From contig CDROCS010001688.1 in the NCBI GenBank assembly GCA_977020255.1, forward strand, positions 1 through 64,000: a stretch of DNA of 64,000 nt, in the 5' to 3' direction. Shown here in pieces: positions 40,697 through 50,312 of this stretch (positions are counted from its first letter, which is position 1; every line of letters starts with the position of its first letter). Below the pieces are notes generated by a model. That model did no database searches and was not told the DNA's origin. It saw only the letters and a program-made list of their open reading frames with translations. The stretch is from Obrimoposthia wandeli (Eukaryota). Position numbers and translations under genes: made by a program.

Positions 40697-41836
40697 ATGT
40701 CGACCACTAAACCCCCACTAATTTGGCTGAATACTTTTATTTTCTCATCTTCATTGGCTGTAGCCGCGATTGGTACGCCAGTTTATGCGTATTTTATCGG
40801 TTTCGATTGGACGCAAGTTGCAATGCTTATTGTGGCATTTAGCTATTGTGGTTTGTCGATCACTGCGGGTTACCATCGTTTATGGTCACATAAAGCGTTT
40901 GAAGCCAATGCTGTAATGCGTTTTATCTTTGCAATTGGTGGCGCATTTGCGCTGCAAAATAGTATTTTGCATTGGTCTTCGGATCATCGGGTTCATCATC
41001 GTCACGTTGATAATAATGATAAAGACCCGTACTCAGCTAAAATGGGCTTTTTCTATAGTCACATTGGTTGGATGCTACGTGAGTATCAGGCTAGTCGTTA
41101 TACTGATTATTCAAATTGCCGTGACTTACAAAAAGATAAAATTGTAATGTGGCAGCATAAGTATTACGGCATATTAGCCATTGTGACGAATTTTGGTTTC
41201 CCGCTAATTTTTGGTGTTGTGCATGGCGATATATGGGGGGCTTTATTGCTCGTTGGCGTTGTGCGTTTAGTACTGAGCCATCATACAACGTTCTTTATTA
41301 ACTCATTGGCTCATGTATGGGGCTCTCAGCCGTATACGGAGAAGAACACTGCACGTGATAACGGTATTCTGGCTTTTTTAACATTTGGTGAGGGTTACCA
41401 TAATTATCATCATAAATTTGAAAATGATTATCGTAACGGTATTCGCTGGTGGCAGTTTGATCCAACTAAGTGGTTGATTAAGTCTTGCTCGTACTTTGGC
41501 TTCACGCGCAAGCTGCGTGTCTCTCCTGAAGATCGTATAGAGAAAGCTCGAGCGAAAATGCAACTTGTTCGTTTACAGAATAAGTTAACGGCCGCGTCCT
41601 ATGCCAATAACAGTGATGTTCAAGCACGTATTCGATTACTGGAAGAAGAGTACGAATTGTTGATGAGCAAAATTTCAGATTATTATGCAGCTAAAAAACG
41701 TATGGTTGAATTGAAAAAGAAGCGCTTAACCAAGCATTATGAAAATTTTGAATTTATGCAGCAATACAACGATATGAAATTGCATTTACAAGAACAACGA
41801 AAATCTTGGAAAATGCTAACAGCACAATACGCATAA
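40697..41836 (+). CDS. Acyl-CoA (delta-9) fatty acid desaturase
   Basis: His boxes HRLWSH, HRVHH and HNYHH; TFFINSLAH; DPTKW. Confidence 0.95.
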   Translation: MSTTKPPLIWLNTFIFSSSLAVAAIGTPVYAYFIGFDWTQVAMLIVAFSYCGLSITAGYHRLWSHKAFEANAVMRFIFAIGGAFALQNSILHWSSDHRVHHRHVDNNDKDPYSAKMGFFYSHIGWMLREYQASRYTDYSNCRDLQKDKIVMWQHKYYGILAIVTNFGFPLIFGVVHGDIWGALLLVGVVRLVLSHHTTFFINSLAHVWGSQPYTEKNTARDNGILAFLTFGEGYHNYHHKFENDYRNGIRWWQFDPTKWLIKSCSYFGFTRKLRVSPEDRIEKARAKMQLVRLQNKLTAASYANNSDVQARIRLLEEEYELLMSKISDYYAAKKRMVELKKKRLTKHYENFEFMQQYNDMKLHLQEQRKSWKMLTAQYA

Positions 41837-41865
41837 CAACATTTTCTGATCTTGTTCGTCTGATA

Positions 41866-41893
41866 AGGCGGAGCAGTGATGCTCCGCTTTTTT
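41866..41893 (+). terminator. Rho-independent terminator after the desaturase
   Basis: GCGGAGCA-GTGA-TGCTCCGC followed by TTTTTT. Confidence 0.8.
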
Positions 41894-42107
41894 GATCCTC
41901 AAAGGGATTTATTTAACGTGTGTGTTGAATGGGTTGTTTTTTGCTACCGATTCGTTATTTTGTCTCATCGATGTTTAACACCATCTTGACCATTTTGTTA
42001 ACGCGATGGAATATGATCGGTATTAAATTTAGGAATTGTTTCGGTATAGCGGCAGATAAAACAAAAATTTGCCATAATTATGACTAGTTTACTAATGGAG
42101 GTATGCT

Positions 42108-43013
42108 GTGTTTCGTTCATTACTTTTTGTACTTACGTGTTTAGCTTCAACTGTAGCTAATGCAATTGAATATCAGCTGCCTAATGATGATAGCAACATT
42201 GTCGGTACAGTAGACTATTACGAAGTCGCTAAGGGAGATAGTCTTGCTGATATTGCGAATAAATATAATGTGGGTTTTTTAGCATTACTGGCGGCTAATA
42301 AAGGTGTAGACCCTTTTTTACCTACACCTGGTACCTTACTGACTGTACCGACAAAAGTGATTCTTCCTAATGTAAAACGCAAAGGGATTATTATTAATCT
42401 TGCTGAACTTAGGTTGTATTATTTCCCTGAAGATGACAAATCGATTGTGTATATTTTTCCGATTGGCATTGGTCGCGTAGGGCGCGAAACCCCGAATATG
42501 GTAACGAAGATTAGTCAGAAGATAGAAAACCCTACATGGACGCCGACAGCAAACATTCGTAAAGAATACCGTGAAAAAAAGGATATTGAATTGCCAGCAG
42601 TTGTACCTGCAGGCCCTGAAAACCCGTTAGGTGAATATGCGATGCGTCTTGCTTATAGCCGAGGCGAGTATTTAATTCACGGGACGAATAAGGATTTTGG
42701 TATTGGCATGCGAGTAAGCTCTGGCTGTATACGCATGAACCCATGGGATATTGAATGGCTATTCCCACAAATACCAAGAGGTACATCGGTTCAAATTATT
42801 AATCAGCCATTAAAGCAAACGGTTGAACCTGATGGGGCGTTGTATGTAGAAGTACATCAGCCGTTATCTCAATCTGATGAGCAAGTCGGTCAATCAAAAC
42901 CCGTTAAAGCGAATAAATCACTGAAAGAAAAAGTAGAAGGTAATGATATTGCTATTTCACGTTTAAATGCTGCTCTTAATCTTCAGCAAGGTCTACCCGT
43001 AGAAGTACAATAG
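42108..43013 (+). CDS. L,D-transpeptidase with LysM domain (ErfK/YbiS/YcfS/YnhG family)
   Basis: LysM GDSLADIA; INLAELRLYY, PIGIGR, YLIHGT...SSGCIRM. Confidence 0.95.
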   Translation: MFRSLLFVLTCLASTVANAIEYQLPNDDSNIVGTVDYYEVAKGDSLADIANKYNVGFLALLAANKGVDPFLPTPGTLLTVPTKVILPNVKRKGIIINLAELRLYYFPEDDKSIVYIFPIGIGRVGRETPNMVTKISQKIENPTWTPTANIRKEYREKKDIELPAVVPAGPENPLGEYAMRLAYSRGEYLIHGTNKDFGIGMRVSSGCIRMNPWDIEWLFPQIPRGTSVQIINQPLKQTVEPDGALYVEVHQPLSQSDEQVGQSKPVKANKSLKEKVEGNDIAISRLNAALNLQQGLPVEVQ

Positions 43014-43310
43014 TCGCCTTTAATTCTTGCTCGTTGCTATTTCATAAATATATTGTCAACGCGACTAACAGCCAGCTTAGAATACTTTTTAAGCTGGTTT
43101 TATGTTCTTGTATCACACCTTAGCTTCAAACCTCGGCCTTGTTATTTTCAATTTTTCCTGTGTAAGCTAATCGCTTACTTAGCCAGATAGGTATTAATCC
43201 GCCTTAATAGGCTGTTCAGGAGGTGTTTAACGAGGTGTTGTTTATTATGGAGCATGGTAGCCGTTTATCTAAATTCGCCCCGTATAATCGACCTAAGTCG
43301 TTACAGTGAT

Positions 43311-43352
43311 TTATAAGTAAGCGTATATAAGTAAGTGCTTATAAGTGGTGTT
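43311..43352. repeat. Three imperfect 14-bp direct repeats (core TATAAGT)
   Basis: TTATAAGTAAGCGT / ATATAAGTAAGTGC / TTATAAGTGGTGTT. Confidence 0.65.
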
Positions 43353-43471
43353 AATGGACAAGTGAGAAAGTACAGAGAGGGGGATTTGATGCTTATTGGT
43401 TTGCTATATAGATAAAAAAGAAGAAGTGATGATATAGATACCATCACTTCGACTTGTTTTAATAAAGCATA

Positions 43472-43735
43472 TTACTTAGTGTACGAACCAGCGATATTAT
43501 CAATACGTTGGTTTGCACGCATAGCTTCTTGGTAAGCTGCATCTGACGCTGCACGAGAGTCATTTACTGCGCCTGCCATTTGATCTTGTTGACTCTGAAG
43601 AGCACTAACTTGATCAGAAAGCATATCTACTTTGTTGGTTAGTTGTTGCATTTGGTCTACTTCATCTGAACTTGAACAACCCATAAGAGCTGCACTAAGA
43701 ATTACACCAGATAGGATAGTTAGTGAACGATTCAT
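43472..43735 (-). CDS. lpp: Braun-type major outer membrane lipoprotein (Lpp/OprI family)
   Basis: Lipobox LMGC, heptad coiled coil, RANQRIDN...YTK with C-terminal Lys. Confidence 0.92.
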   Translation of the reverse strand: MNRSLTILSGVILSAALMGCSSSDEVDQMQQLTNKVDMLSDQVSALQSQQDQMAGAVNDSRAASDAAYQEAMRANQRIDNIAGSYTK

Positions 43736-44148
43736 TTTTATTCCTTCTACATTCTACATAAGTTTGCCACTACAAACCGAGTATTGAAAAAGTTTTAGTC
43801 GGCAAATTCATTATGGCATAACATCTTAAAATTGCTCATTAAAAGCACATATTTAATAAAAAAAACTCTATCAAACGTGAGAATACCTTACAGAATGAGG
43901 CTGATATCAACTTTTTTTTGATATCAATAAACGGCTGAATCGCTTGTAGCTTCAGGGCTTCAAGCAAATGGAGCTTGTTATAATTCTGTTTGTTTTCTTT
44001 TTTTTAACGTTGCAATTTTTATTAAAGAAAGAAGATTATCCCATCCAATTGTTAGAAAACTGTCAGACAAATCTGATTAATGGGTTTATTTTATAATAAT
44101 ATTAATAACATGGAAGAAAAATGACCTTTTTCATACCTATATCAATCA

Positions 44149-44745
44149 CTATGTTTGTTTAGGTTCACTTGCTAAACGGTCAATTGCATCGGTTAAGATA
44201 TCAGGATTAAGGGTATGCGGTATTTTTTCAAGTAAGGTGCCATCTGGCTTCAAAAAGTAAAAATACGAGCTGTGATCGACAGCGTACTCTAATGCTGAAT
44301 TTTTTAATTCTGTCCGCATATATAAAACACCATATTTTTCAGCAAGTGCTTTTGTTTGAGTATCCGTACCTGCCATACCAATAATGTTTTTATGGAAATA
44401 TTGCGCGTACTCTGCACTTTTAGCGGGCGTATCACGCTCTGGGTCTAACGTGATGAAGATGGGCCACAGATTAGATAACTGTTGCGGAGAGACCTTTTGT
44501 AAGGCTGCAGATAGCACAGCAAGCGAGGTTGGACACACATCAGGGCAGTGTGTGTAGCCAAAATACACAACGCGTATACGGCTGTCTTCCTTATCGTATA
44601 AATCAATGGATTTATCGCCACTTTCTAAGATATTGATGGGGGATGTTTGCTCGGCAGCGATAGTTGAGTCATTGCTATCTGTTACATAACGCGTAATAAG
44701 TCCTGCACCCAGTGCTAGCGCTAAAATTATCCATTGATATCTCAT
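44149..44745 (-). CDS. SCO1/SenC family copper protein
   Basis: YFGYTHCPDVCP, DPERDT, VDHSS. Confidence 0.92.
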   Translation of the reverse strand: MRYQWIILALALGAGLITRYVTDSNDSTIAAEQTSPINILESGDKSIDLYDKEDSRIRVVYFGYTHCPDVCPTSLAVLSAALQKVSPQQLSNLWPIFITLDPERDTPAKSAEYAQYFHKNIIGMAGTDTQTKALAEKYGVLYMRTELKNSALEYAVDHSSYFYFLKPDGTLLEKIPHTLNPDILTDAIDRLASEPKQT

Positions 44746-45236
44746 TGCGTCATCCTTAAAGAAATAGTGAGAGGCTGAATGCTGCTGTTCGAATGATTAG
44801 AGGAAAGGGCTTCAATACTTCCTTGCCATGTCATTGCATTTGTCGTGCAGAAAGGCAGCATGAGCTCACCGCTGTATTGACCTGATGCTTGTTTAGTTAA
44901 GAGTAATTTATAGACCCCCATCATCATTTCATTACCTTCTAATGACACCATCAATTGCGTCGTTTCTTGGGGTAAATTAGGCCAGTCGACGGTCATTATC
45001 GTTGACTTTAAAGGGTGAACTATATCGGCACTTAACTGGATTATGGCAGCTTGTTGTTCACATGCTTGTTGGCTGAGTTGGCATGTTTCTTCTAAAGGCA
45101 TGTGTGAAGACAGCGCTGACTGATCACTGTTTGCATTATATGTATCGAGTAACTGTAAAGAACCAAATCCAATGCCAAATGCGACAAGTGTTTTTAGCGT
45201 TAACGATATTATTGATTTTAGCTGAGGTTGTAACAT
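44742..45236 (-). CDS. Hypothetical membrane-anchored periplasmic protein
   Basis: N-terminal TM, CQLSQQAC, LEGNEMMMG, LPFC; overlaps the SCO gene start by 4 bp. Confidence 0.7.
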   Translation of the reverse strand: MLQPQLKSIISLTLKTLVAFGIGFGSLQLLDTYNANSDQSALSSHMPLEETCQLSQQACEQQAAIIQLSADIVHPLKSTIMTVDWPNLPQETTQLMVSLEGNEMMMGVYKLLLTKQASGQYSGELMLPFCTTNAMTWQGSIEALSSNHSNSSIQPLTISLRMTQ

Positions 45237-45416
45237 GTTCTGACTGTTAATTGTAATGTGTTTGTGAATACTAGCACTTACATTGTGTAATCAAAGTGTT
45301 GTTGGAAGAAAGTGTGGTCATTATCGAGAAATAATAAGAATAGAAATAGCCCTGCATAGAGTTAGCAGGGCTGGATAGCGCAGGTATTTAGATGGTTGGT
45401 GTTAGTTTATTGTCGA

Positions 45417-46334
45417 TTACTCAGCTTTATCTGCAAACTTTTCTAATGCCCATACAACACCAAAACCGACTATCGTGGCAATAATGGCATACCCGATTAA
45501 AGAGGGTTGACCTGTCACTTGTTCAAAATTGAATGGTGATAAGTTTTGTTCTAGTAATGGAACTTGTTCACCACTAGAGTTTATACGCCATGTTAGCACT
45601 TCCTTCCATGGCCAAATTTTACTGAGTGTACCCACCATTAATCCCGTTAAGAACGTTAATGCGATATCTCGGTAATGGCGTAATACCCATGATAATAGGT
45701 GCGAGAATGTAAGTAGACCGATTAAACAACCGAGCGCGAATAACGCCAGAGTAACAATATCGAATGATTTTGCTGCGGCTAATACAGGGCCATACATGCC
45801 CAATAACAGCAAAATAAAGCTGCCAGAAATACCCGGTAAAATCATGGCACAGATTGCAATAGCACCAGCAATAACAACATTAAGTAATGTAGGCTCCATT
45901 GTTAAGGGGTGAAGTACAGTAATACCATAAGCAAAGAAAGCGCCAGCAGCTAAAGCAATAAAGCGTGTTATTTGCCATTGCTCAACTTGCTTGAACATAT
46001 GAATGACAGACACAATGATCAAGCCAAAGAAAAAAGACCAAAGTGGAATAGGGTGTGTATGAAGCATCCACGTAATTACACGTGCAAAAGTAAAAATACT
46101 GGTTAAAATGCCAGAGAATAACAGGACTAAAAAAGTGCCATTGATATGCTCGAATGCACCCTTAATGCCTTGTTGTTTAATAACACGAACTAGGCTGGGG
46201 TTGATACGTCGAATACTTTCTAGCAATGTATCGTAAATGCCTGTGATAAAAGCAATTGTACCACCCGATACACCTGGTACTACATCGGCAGCACCCATCG
46301 CCATGCCTTTTAAAAAGGTGAAAATTTTACTCAT
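45417..46334 (-). CDS. DUF368 family protein (undecaprenyl-phosphate transporter, PopT-like)
   Basis: KGMAMGAADVVPGVSGGT and AMILPGISGSFILLLLG re-entrant motifs; likely start MSKIF at 46334. Confidence 0.92.
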   Translation of the reverse strand: MSKIFTFLKGMAMGAADVVPGVSGGTIAFITGIYDTLLESIRRINPSLVRVIKQQGIKGAFEHINGTFLVLLFSGILTSIFTFARVITWMLHTHPIPLWSFFFGLIIVSVIHMFKQVEQWQITRFIALAAGAFFAYGITVLHPLTMEPTLLNVVIAGAIAICAMILPGISGSFILLLLGMYGPVLAAAKSFDIVTLALFALGCLIGLLTFSHLLSWVLRHYRDIALTFLTGLMVGTLSKIWPWKEVLTWRINSSGEQVPLLEQNLSPFNFEQVTGQPSLIGYAIIATIVGFGVVWALEKFADKAE

Positions 46335-46598
46335 TGTAATCCGTACTAAAGTGAATGAAGTTATGACATTGCAGGCATTATACAACGCTAGGGTGAAAAA
46401 AAAGTGTTTTTTAATTATTAGGACTATTTATCTTAGAGGCACTCGTAATTAGATTATTTTCTGATGCTGTTTTTGTGGAATATTATTCCTGATTGTACTG
46501 CCATTCTTATACTTTGCTATTCACCTTTTTTTTACTGCGGATCATGTAGCCTTTACTGTTCATCATGCGATGACTAGATAACAGATGATGGCATCATA

Positions 46599-47078
46599 AT
46601 GATAATAAAGGGCTTTAGTGAAATGAAAATACTTCGATTTGCAGGTGTGGGCAGTATCGGTTTTATAGTTGATGCCGCCACGATGTTTCTTTTGTCTTTT
46701 TACATTGCCTTTATTCCCGCTCGTGCCATTGCATTTTGGGTAGCAGCAACGTCTAACTGGTGGCTAAATCGGCATGTTACTTTTGATGCGAGTAATACTC
46801 CAAAGCCTATGCAGCAGTGGGGGCGTTTTATCGCTGTTTCTTGCATTGGCTTCATTCCAAACTGGGGCTGTTATTGGTTATTAATGCAATCGGTAGATAT
46901 AAATCAATTACTAATAGTGCCTTTAATTAAGTACCCTGAGCTGAATAATTTGATGGTAAACCACCTCGATATTGAGGTGGTTTGGTCTGTTGTCGCAATG
47001 GTGCCAGGGGTGTTACTGGGAATGCTAACTAACTATCTATTGGCTGATCGTTGGGTGTTTCGTTCGGCTGTAGCGTGA
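46599..47078 (+). CDS. GtrA family lipid-linked sugar flippase
   Basis: LRFAGVG..GFIVD, NWWLNRHVTF, NYLLADRWVF; start may be 46624. Confidence 0.88.
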   Translation: MIIKGFSEMKILRFAGVGSIGFIVDAATMFLLSFYIAFIPARAIAFWVAATSNWWLNRHVTFDASNTPKPMQQWGRFIAVSCIGFIPNWGCYWLLMQSVDINQLLIVPLIKYPELNNLMVNHLDIEVVWSVVAMVPGVLLGMLTNYLLADRWVFRSAVA

Positions 47079-48330
47079 TAGTTGCTGTACATCCCCCCGT
47101 TGCATTATTTGCCAAATCTAGCTGCCAGCCATATTTACGACAGATATCGTTGGCAATCACTAACCCTAAACCATATCCCTCAATGCCTCTTGGTTTAGTA
47201 TCAAGCCCTATGCCAGTATCAGTCACTTCAATGGCAGAAGGGGAAACCGAAATCGTTACTGTACCTTCTTCAGTACACGCAAATGCATTTTTCACTAAAT
47301 TACCGACTAATATTTTTATTGTGTTTTCAGGTGCTTTGATCTTGGTTTCTTCTTTTAGTACTACCTCACAATTGATTGGTTTGTTATTAATCAAATGTGA
47401 ATGAGATCGAATGATATTTTCAATTTCCGCTTTATCAAGTATTCGCAGTACTACGTTTGAGAGGTCTTCATCACGAGTAAGAGACAATAGTGTTGTCACA
47501 AAATCGTTCATTTCATTACTGGCAGAAAGCAGGCGTTGGCGTTGCTTTTCAATAAATACCGGCTCATTAGATTGACCCAGTAAAGATATCGCCCCTTTTA
47601 TAACCATTAATGGTGTACGTAATTCATGGCTAGCGTAGCGATTGAATGAACGTTCCCGCTCAATAGAGGTATGAAGCCGAGCTTGGTATTGATTAAAATT
47701 ATTAACTAATTGCAAAAGCTCTTTCGTTTCGACACCCTTAGGCACAGGGATTGGGCTCAAGTCATGAGGCGAACGCGCTTCTAGTTCTTTGGCGAGTGTT
47801 GATAATGGGCTAGTAAGACGCTGTGATATGCGTAGTACAACAGCAAAACTAACCAGTAGCAGAGTGATAGAGATTATAAGCTGTTTTGCTTGGCTCCAAA
47901 ATATTTGCTCTTCACTGAATTCATAGATCTCATCGAAGTACAAAATATAGACCGTCTGCACTTGGTCGCGAATTATTAGCTGAGACTTCATAATAAAGTA
48001 TTCAGTGTCTTGTGTTTCTTCCTGTTTCAATTCTACAGCGGTATTGAATTGAAGGTTGTCAGGAATCGTTATATTGGCAGGCAATGCTTCTTTACCAACA
48101 TACGCAAAGCTAAAAGGGGGAATAGCGACACTGGTATTATGGCTATCGCTTAAAAGCTCTTGAGCGACTTCTTTTGAGTAATTGAGTCGATTCTGGGCAT
48201 TTAAATACTCAAGATCTTCAAGGGTCGAATCCATTAGTGAAAAGTGCGTCGCGATAATGGCAAATGCCACAATCGCAAAATAGGTAAAAGTGATCTGTTT
48301 CGCGGATTTAACTTTAGACACGTGACTCAC
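47029..48330 (-). CDS. Sensor histidine kinase (ColS-like, OmpR family partner)
   Basis: Two TM, HAMP, H-box ASHELRTPL, NLVKNA, DTGIG, GYGLGL. Confidence 0.93.
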   Translation of the reverse strand: MSHVSKVKSAKQITFTYFAIVAFAIIATHFSLMDSTLEDLEYLNAQNRLNYSKEVAQELLSDSHNTSVAIPPFSFAYVGKEALPANITIPDNLQFNTAVELKQEETQDTEYFIMKSQLIIRDQVQTVYILYFDEIYEFSEEQIFWSQAKQLIISITLLLVSFAVVLRISQRLTSPLSTLAKELEARSPHDLSPIPVPKGVETKELLQLVNNFNQYQARLHTSIERERSFNRYASHELRTPLMVIKGAISLLGQSNEPVFIEKQRQRLLSASNEMNDFVTTLLSLTRDEDLSNVVLRILDKAEIENIIRSHSHLINNKPINCEVVLKEETKIKAPENTIKILVGNLVKNAFACTEEGTVTISVSPSAIEVTDTGIGLDTKPRGIEGYGLGLVIANDICRKYGWQLDLANNATGGCTATITLQPNETPNDQPIDS

Positions 48331-49001
48331 CCTTTATCAATAAGTTGATAGCCAACCTTTGGCACGGTATTGATATAAGCGTGTTTAAATGGTTTATCTA
48401 TTTGGCTGCGTAATTGGTAGATATGACTTCTTAACACATTACCTTCGGGCTCATCATCCCCCCAAAGTGCAGAAATGAGTTCATCTTTTGCGACCACATT
48501 CGGCGCTCTTACCATCATGAGTTTCAATATAGTAAATAACGTGGGATTTAAAGAAAACTGACAGTCATTTCGAGCGACGATATGCGTATTTAAATCTAAT
48601 GTTAGCTCGCCAAATTTTAATGTTTTGGTTGCGGTATTACCAACACGTCGACGTGTTAATGATTTAACTCTTGCTTCCAGTATTTCTAAATCAAATGGCT
48701 TAACAAGGTAATCGTCAGCACCTTGTGCGAAACCTTCTAAGGTATCTTCTCGGGTGTCTCGTGCGGTTAACATTAAAATCGGAGTATCGACGCCTTGTTC
48801 TCGCAGCTTTTGGCAGACGGTAAACCCATCCATGCGCGGCAGCATAACATCAAGAATAATGAGATCGTAATGATTACTGCTGGCGAGTTCGTAACCATGC
48901 AAACCATTATTGGCATAATCCAGCGTGTAGCCTTTAATTTCAAAAAAATCAAATATGACACCTGCGATGTCTTTATGGTCTTCAATAAGGAGTAATTTCA
49001 T
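48327..49001 (-). CDS. OmpR-family response regulator (ColR-like)
   Basis: LLIED, LDVMLP (phospho-Asp), GADDYLVKPF, HIYQLR..I, TVPKVGY. Confidence 0.95.
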   Translation of the reverse strand: MKLLLIEDHKDIAGVIFDFFEIKGYTLDYANNGLHGYELASSNHYDLIILDVMLPRMDGFTVCQKLREQGVDTPILMLTARDTREDTLEGFAQGADDYLVKPFDLEILEARVKSLTRRRVGNTATKTLKFGELTLDLNTHIVARNDCQFSLNPTLFTILKLMMVRAPNVVAKDELISALWGDDEPEGNVLRSHIYQLRSQIDKPFKHAYINTVPKVGYQLIDKG

Positions 49002-49157
49002 CGTCTTACCAGTGCTTTAATAATAAAAATAGCAAATATTCATGAAGCATATAATGGCACACATTAGAGTGAAAAAAATGTCAGAGACCTTTTTATGACA
49101 CACCTTCTCGTACGATGATTTTAATCGCACAGGAAAGACGCATTTTAGAGGTACTGT

Positions 49158-50312
49158 ATGTCGACTATTACTTTATTATCTCAACACAGAGATTGGCAAA
49201 ATAAAGGGAAAGGGAAGTCGCCCCTGCTATCCATTATTATTCCAATGTACAACGAAGAATTAGTTATTGAAGAATGCCACCAGCGGGTATGTGCTGTACT
49301 TGATGATTTGAATGAACATTGTGAAATTATTTATGTTGATGATGGCAGTAGTGATAGCAGCATTAAGCTTGCAAGTGGCTTTTCCAGTGAACGCCACCAA
49401 ATAGTTACTGTCTGTTTAAGTCGCAATTTCGGTAAAGAAGCGGCAATGAGTGCAGGTTTACAAGCCGCAAAAGGGCAAGCCGTTATTCTGATCGATGCTG
49501 ATCTTCAAGATCCCCCCGAATTGATCCCTGCCATGGTGAAAGAATGGAAACAAGGCTTTGATGTCGTTGATATGCAACGTGATAAACGTCATGGCGAAAG
49601 CTGGTTTAAACGCGTAACAGCGGCTGCTTTTTATAAATTAATCAACAGTATGTCAGATATACCAATCCCTCAGAATGTGGGTGATTTTAGGCTTATTGAC
49701 CGCCGTGTTGTCGATGAGATCAATAAACTGCCAGAGCGGACTCGTTTCATGAAGGGGTTGTTTGCATGGCCCGGATTTAGACGCACAACGTTGCAATTCG
49801 ATCGTGATGCGCGTCAAGCGGGTGAAACGAAATGGAATTACACCAAATTAGTGCATCTTGCCTTTGAAGGCATTACGTCATTCAGTACTCGACCGCTACG
49901 TCTTGCCACTGCGGCGGGGCTATTTACATCACTAGCAGCAATCATTATGGCAGCAGTTGTTTTTACTAAAACGATTATTTGGGGTGATCCCGTTGCGGGC
50001 TACCCTTCGACGATCATGATTGTTCTGTTGCTGGGCGGGGTGCAACTACTCTCAATTGGTTTAATGGGCGAATACGTAGGCCGTTTGTTTATAGAAGCAA
50101 AGCAACGACCATTATTTGTTGTGATGGAGCAGACAATAAAAAATGCTACAGCCAATGTGACAATGAACGCTAATCACGCCGATGATAATACCGAAATACA
50201 GACATTTAAAATGAAGCCTATTGACGAAAACGCGCACGAAATGAGTGTTCCACGAAAGTATATTTTTTCGAAAGGACAGCTAAGTACCACGAGTGAGGAA
50301 GTAAAAGCATAA
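49158..50312 (+). CDS. Polyprenyl-phosphate glycosyltransferase, GT2 (GtrB/ArnC/DPM1-like)
   Basis: IPMYNEE, VDDGSSD, SRNFGKEAA, DADLQDPPE, GDFRL; two C-terminal TM. Confidence 0.93.
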   Translation: MSTITLLSQHRDWQNKGKGKSPLLSIIIPMYNEELVIEECHQRVCAVLDDLNEHCEIIYVDDGSSDSSIKLASGFSSERHQIVTVCLSRNFGKEAAMSAGLQAAKGQAVILIDADLQDPPELIPAMVKEWKQGFDVVDMQRDKRHGESWFKRVTAAAFYKLINSMSDIPIPQNVGDFRLIDRRVVDEINKLPERTRFMKGLFAWPGFRRTTLQFDRDARQAGETKWNYTKLVHLAFEGITSFSTRPLRLATAAGLFTSLAAIIMAAVVFTKTIIWGDPVAGYPSTIMIVLLLGGVQLLSIGLMGEYVGRLFIEAKQRPLFVVMEQTIKNATANVTMNANHADDNTEIQTFKMKPIDENAHEMSVPRKYIFSKGQLSTTSEEVKA

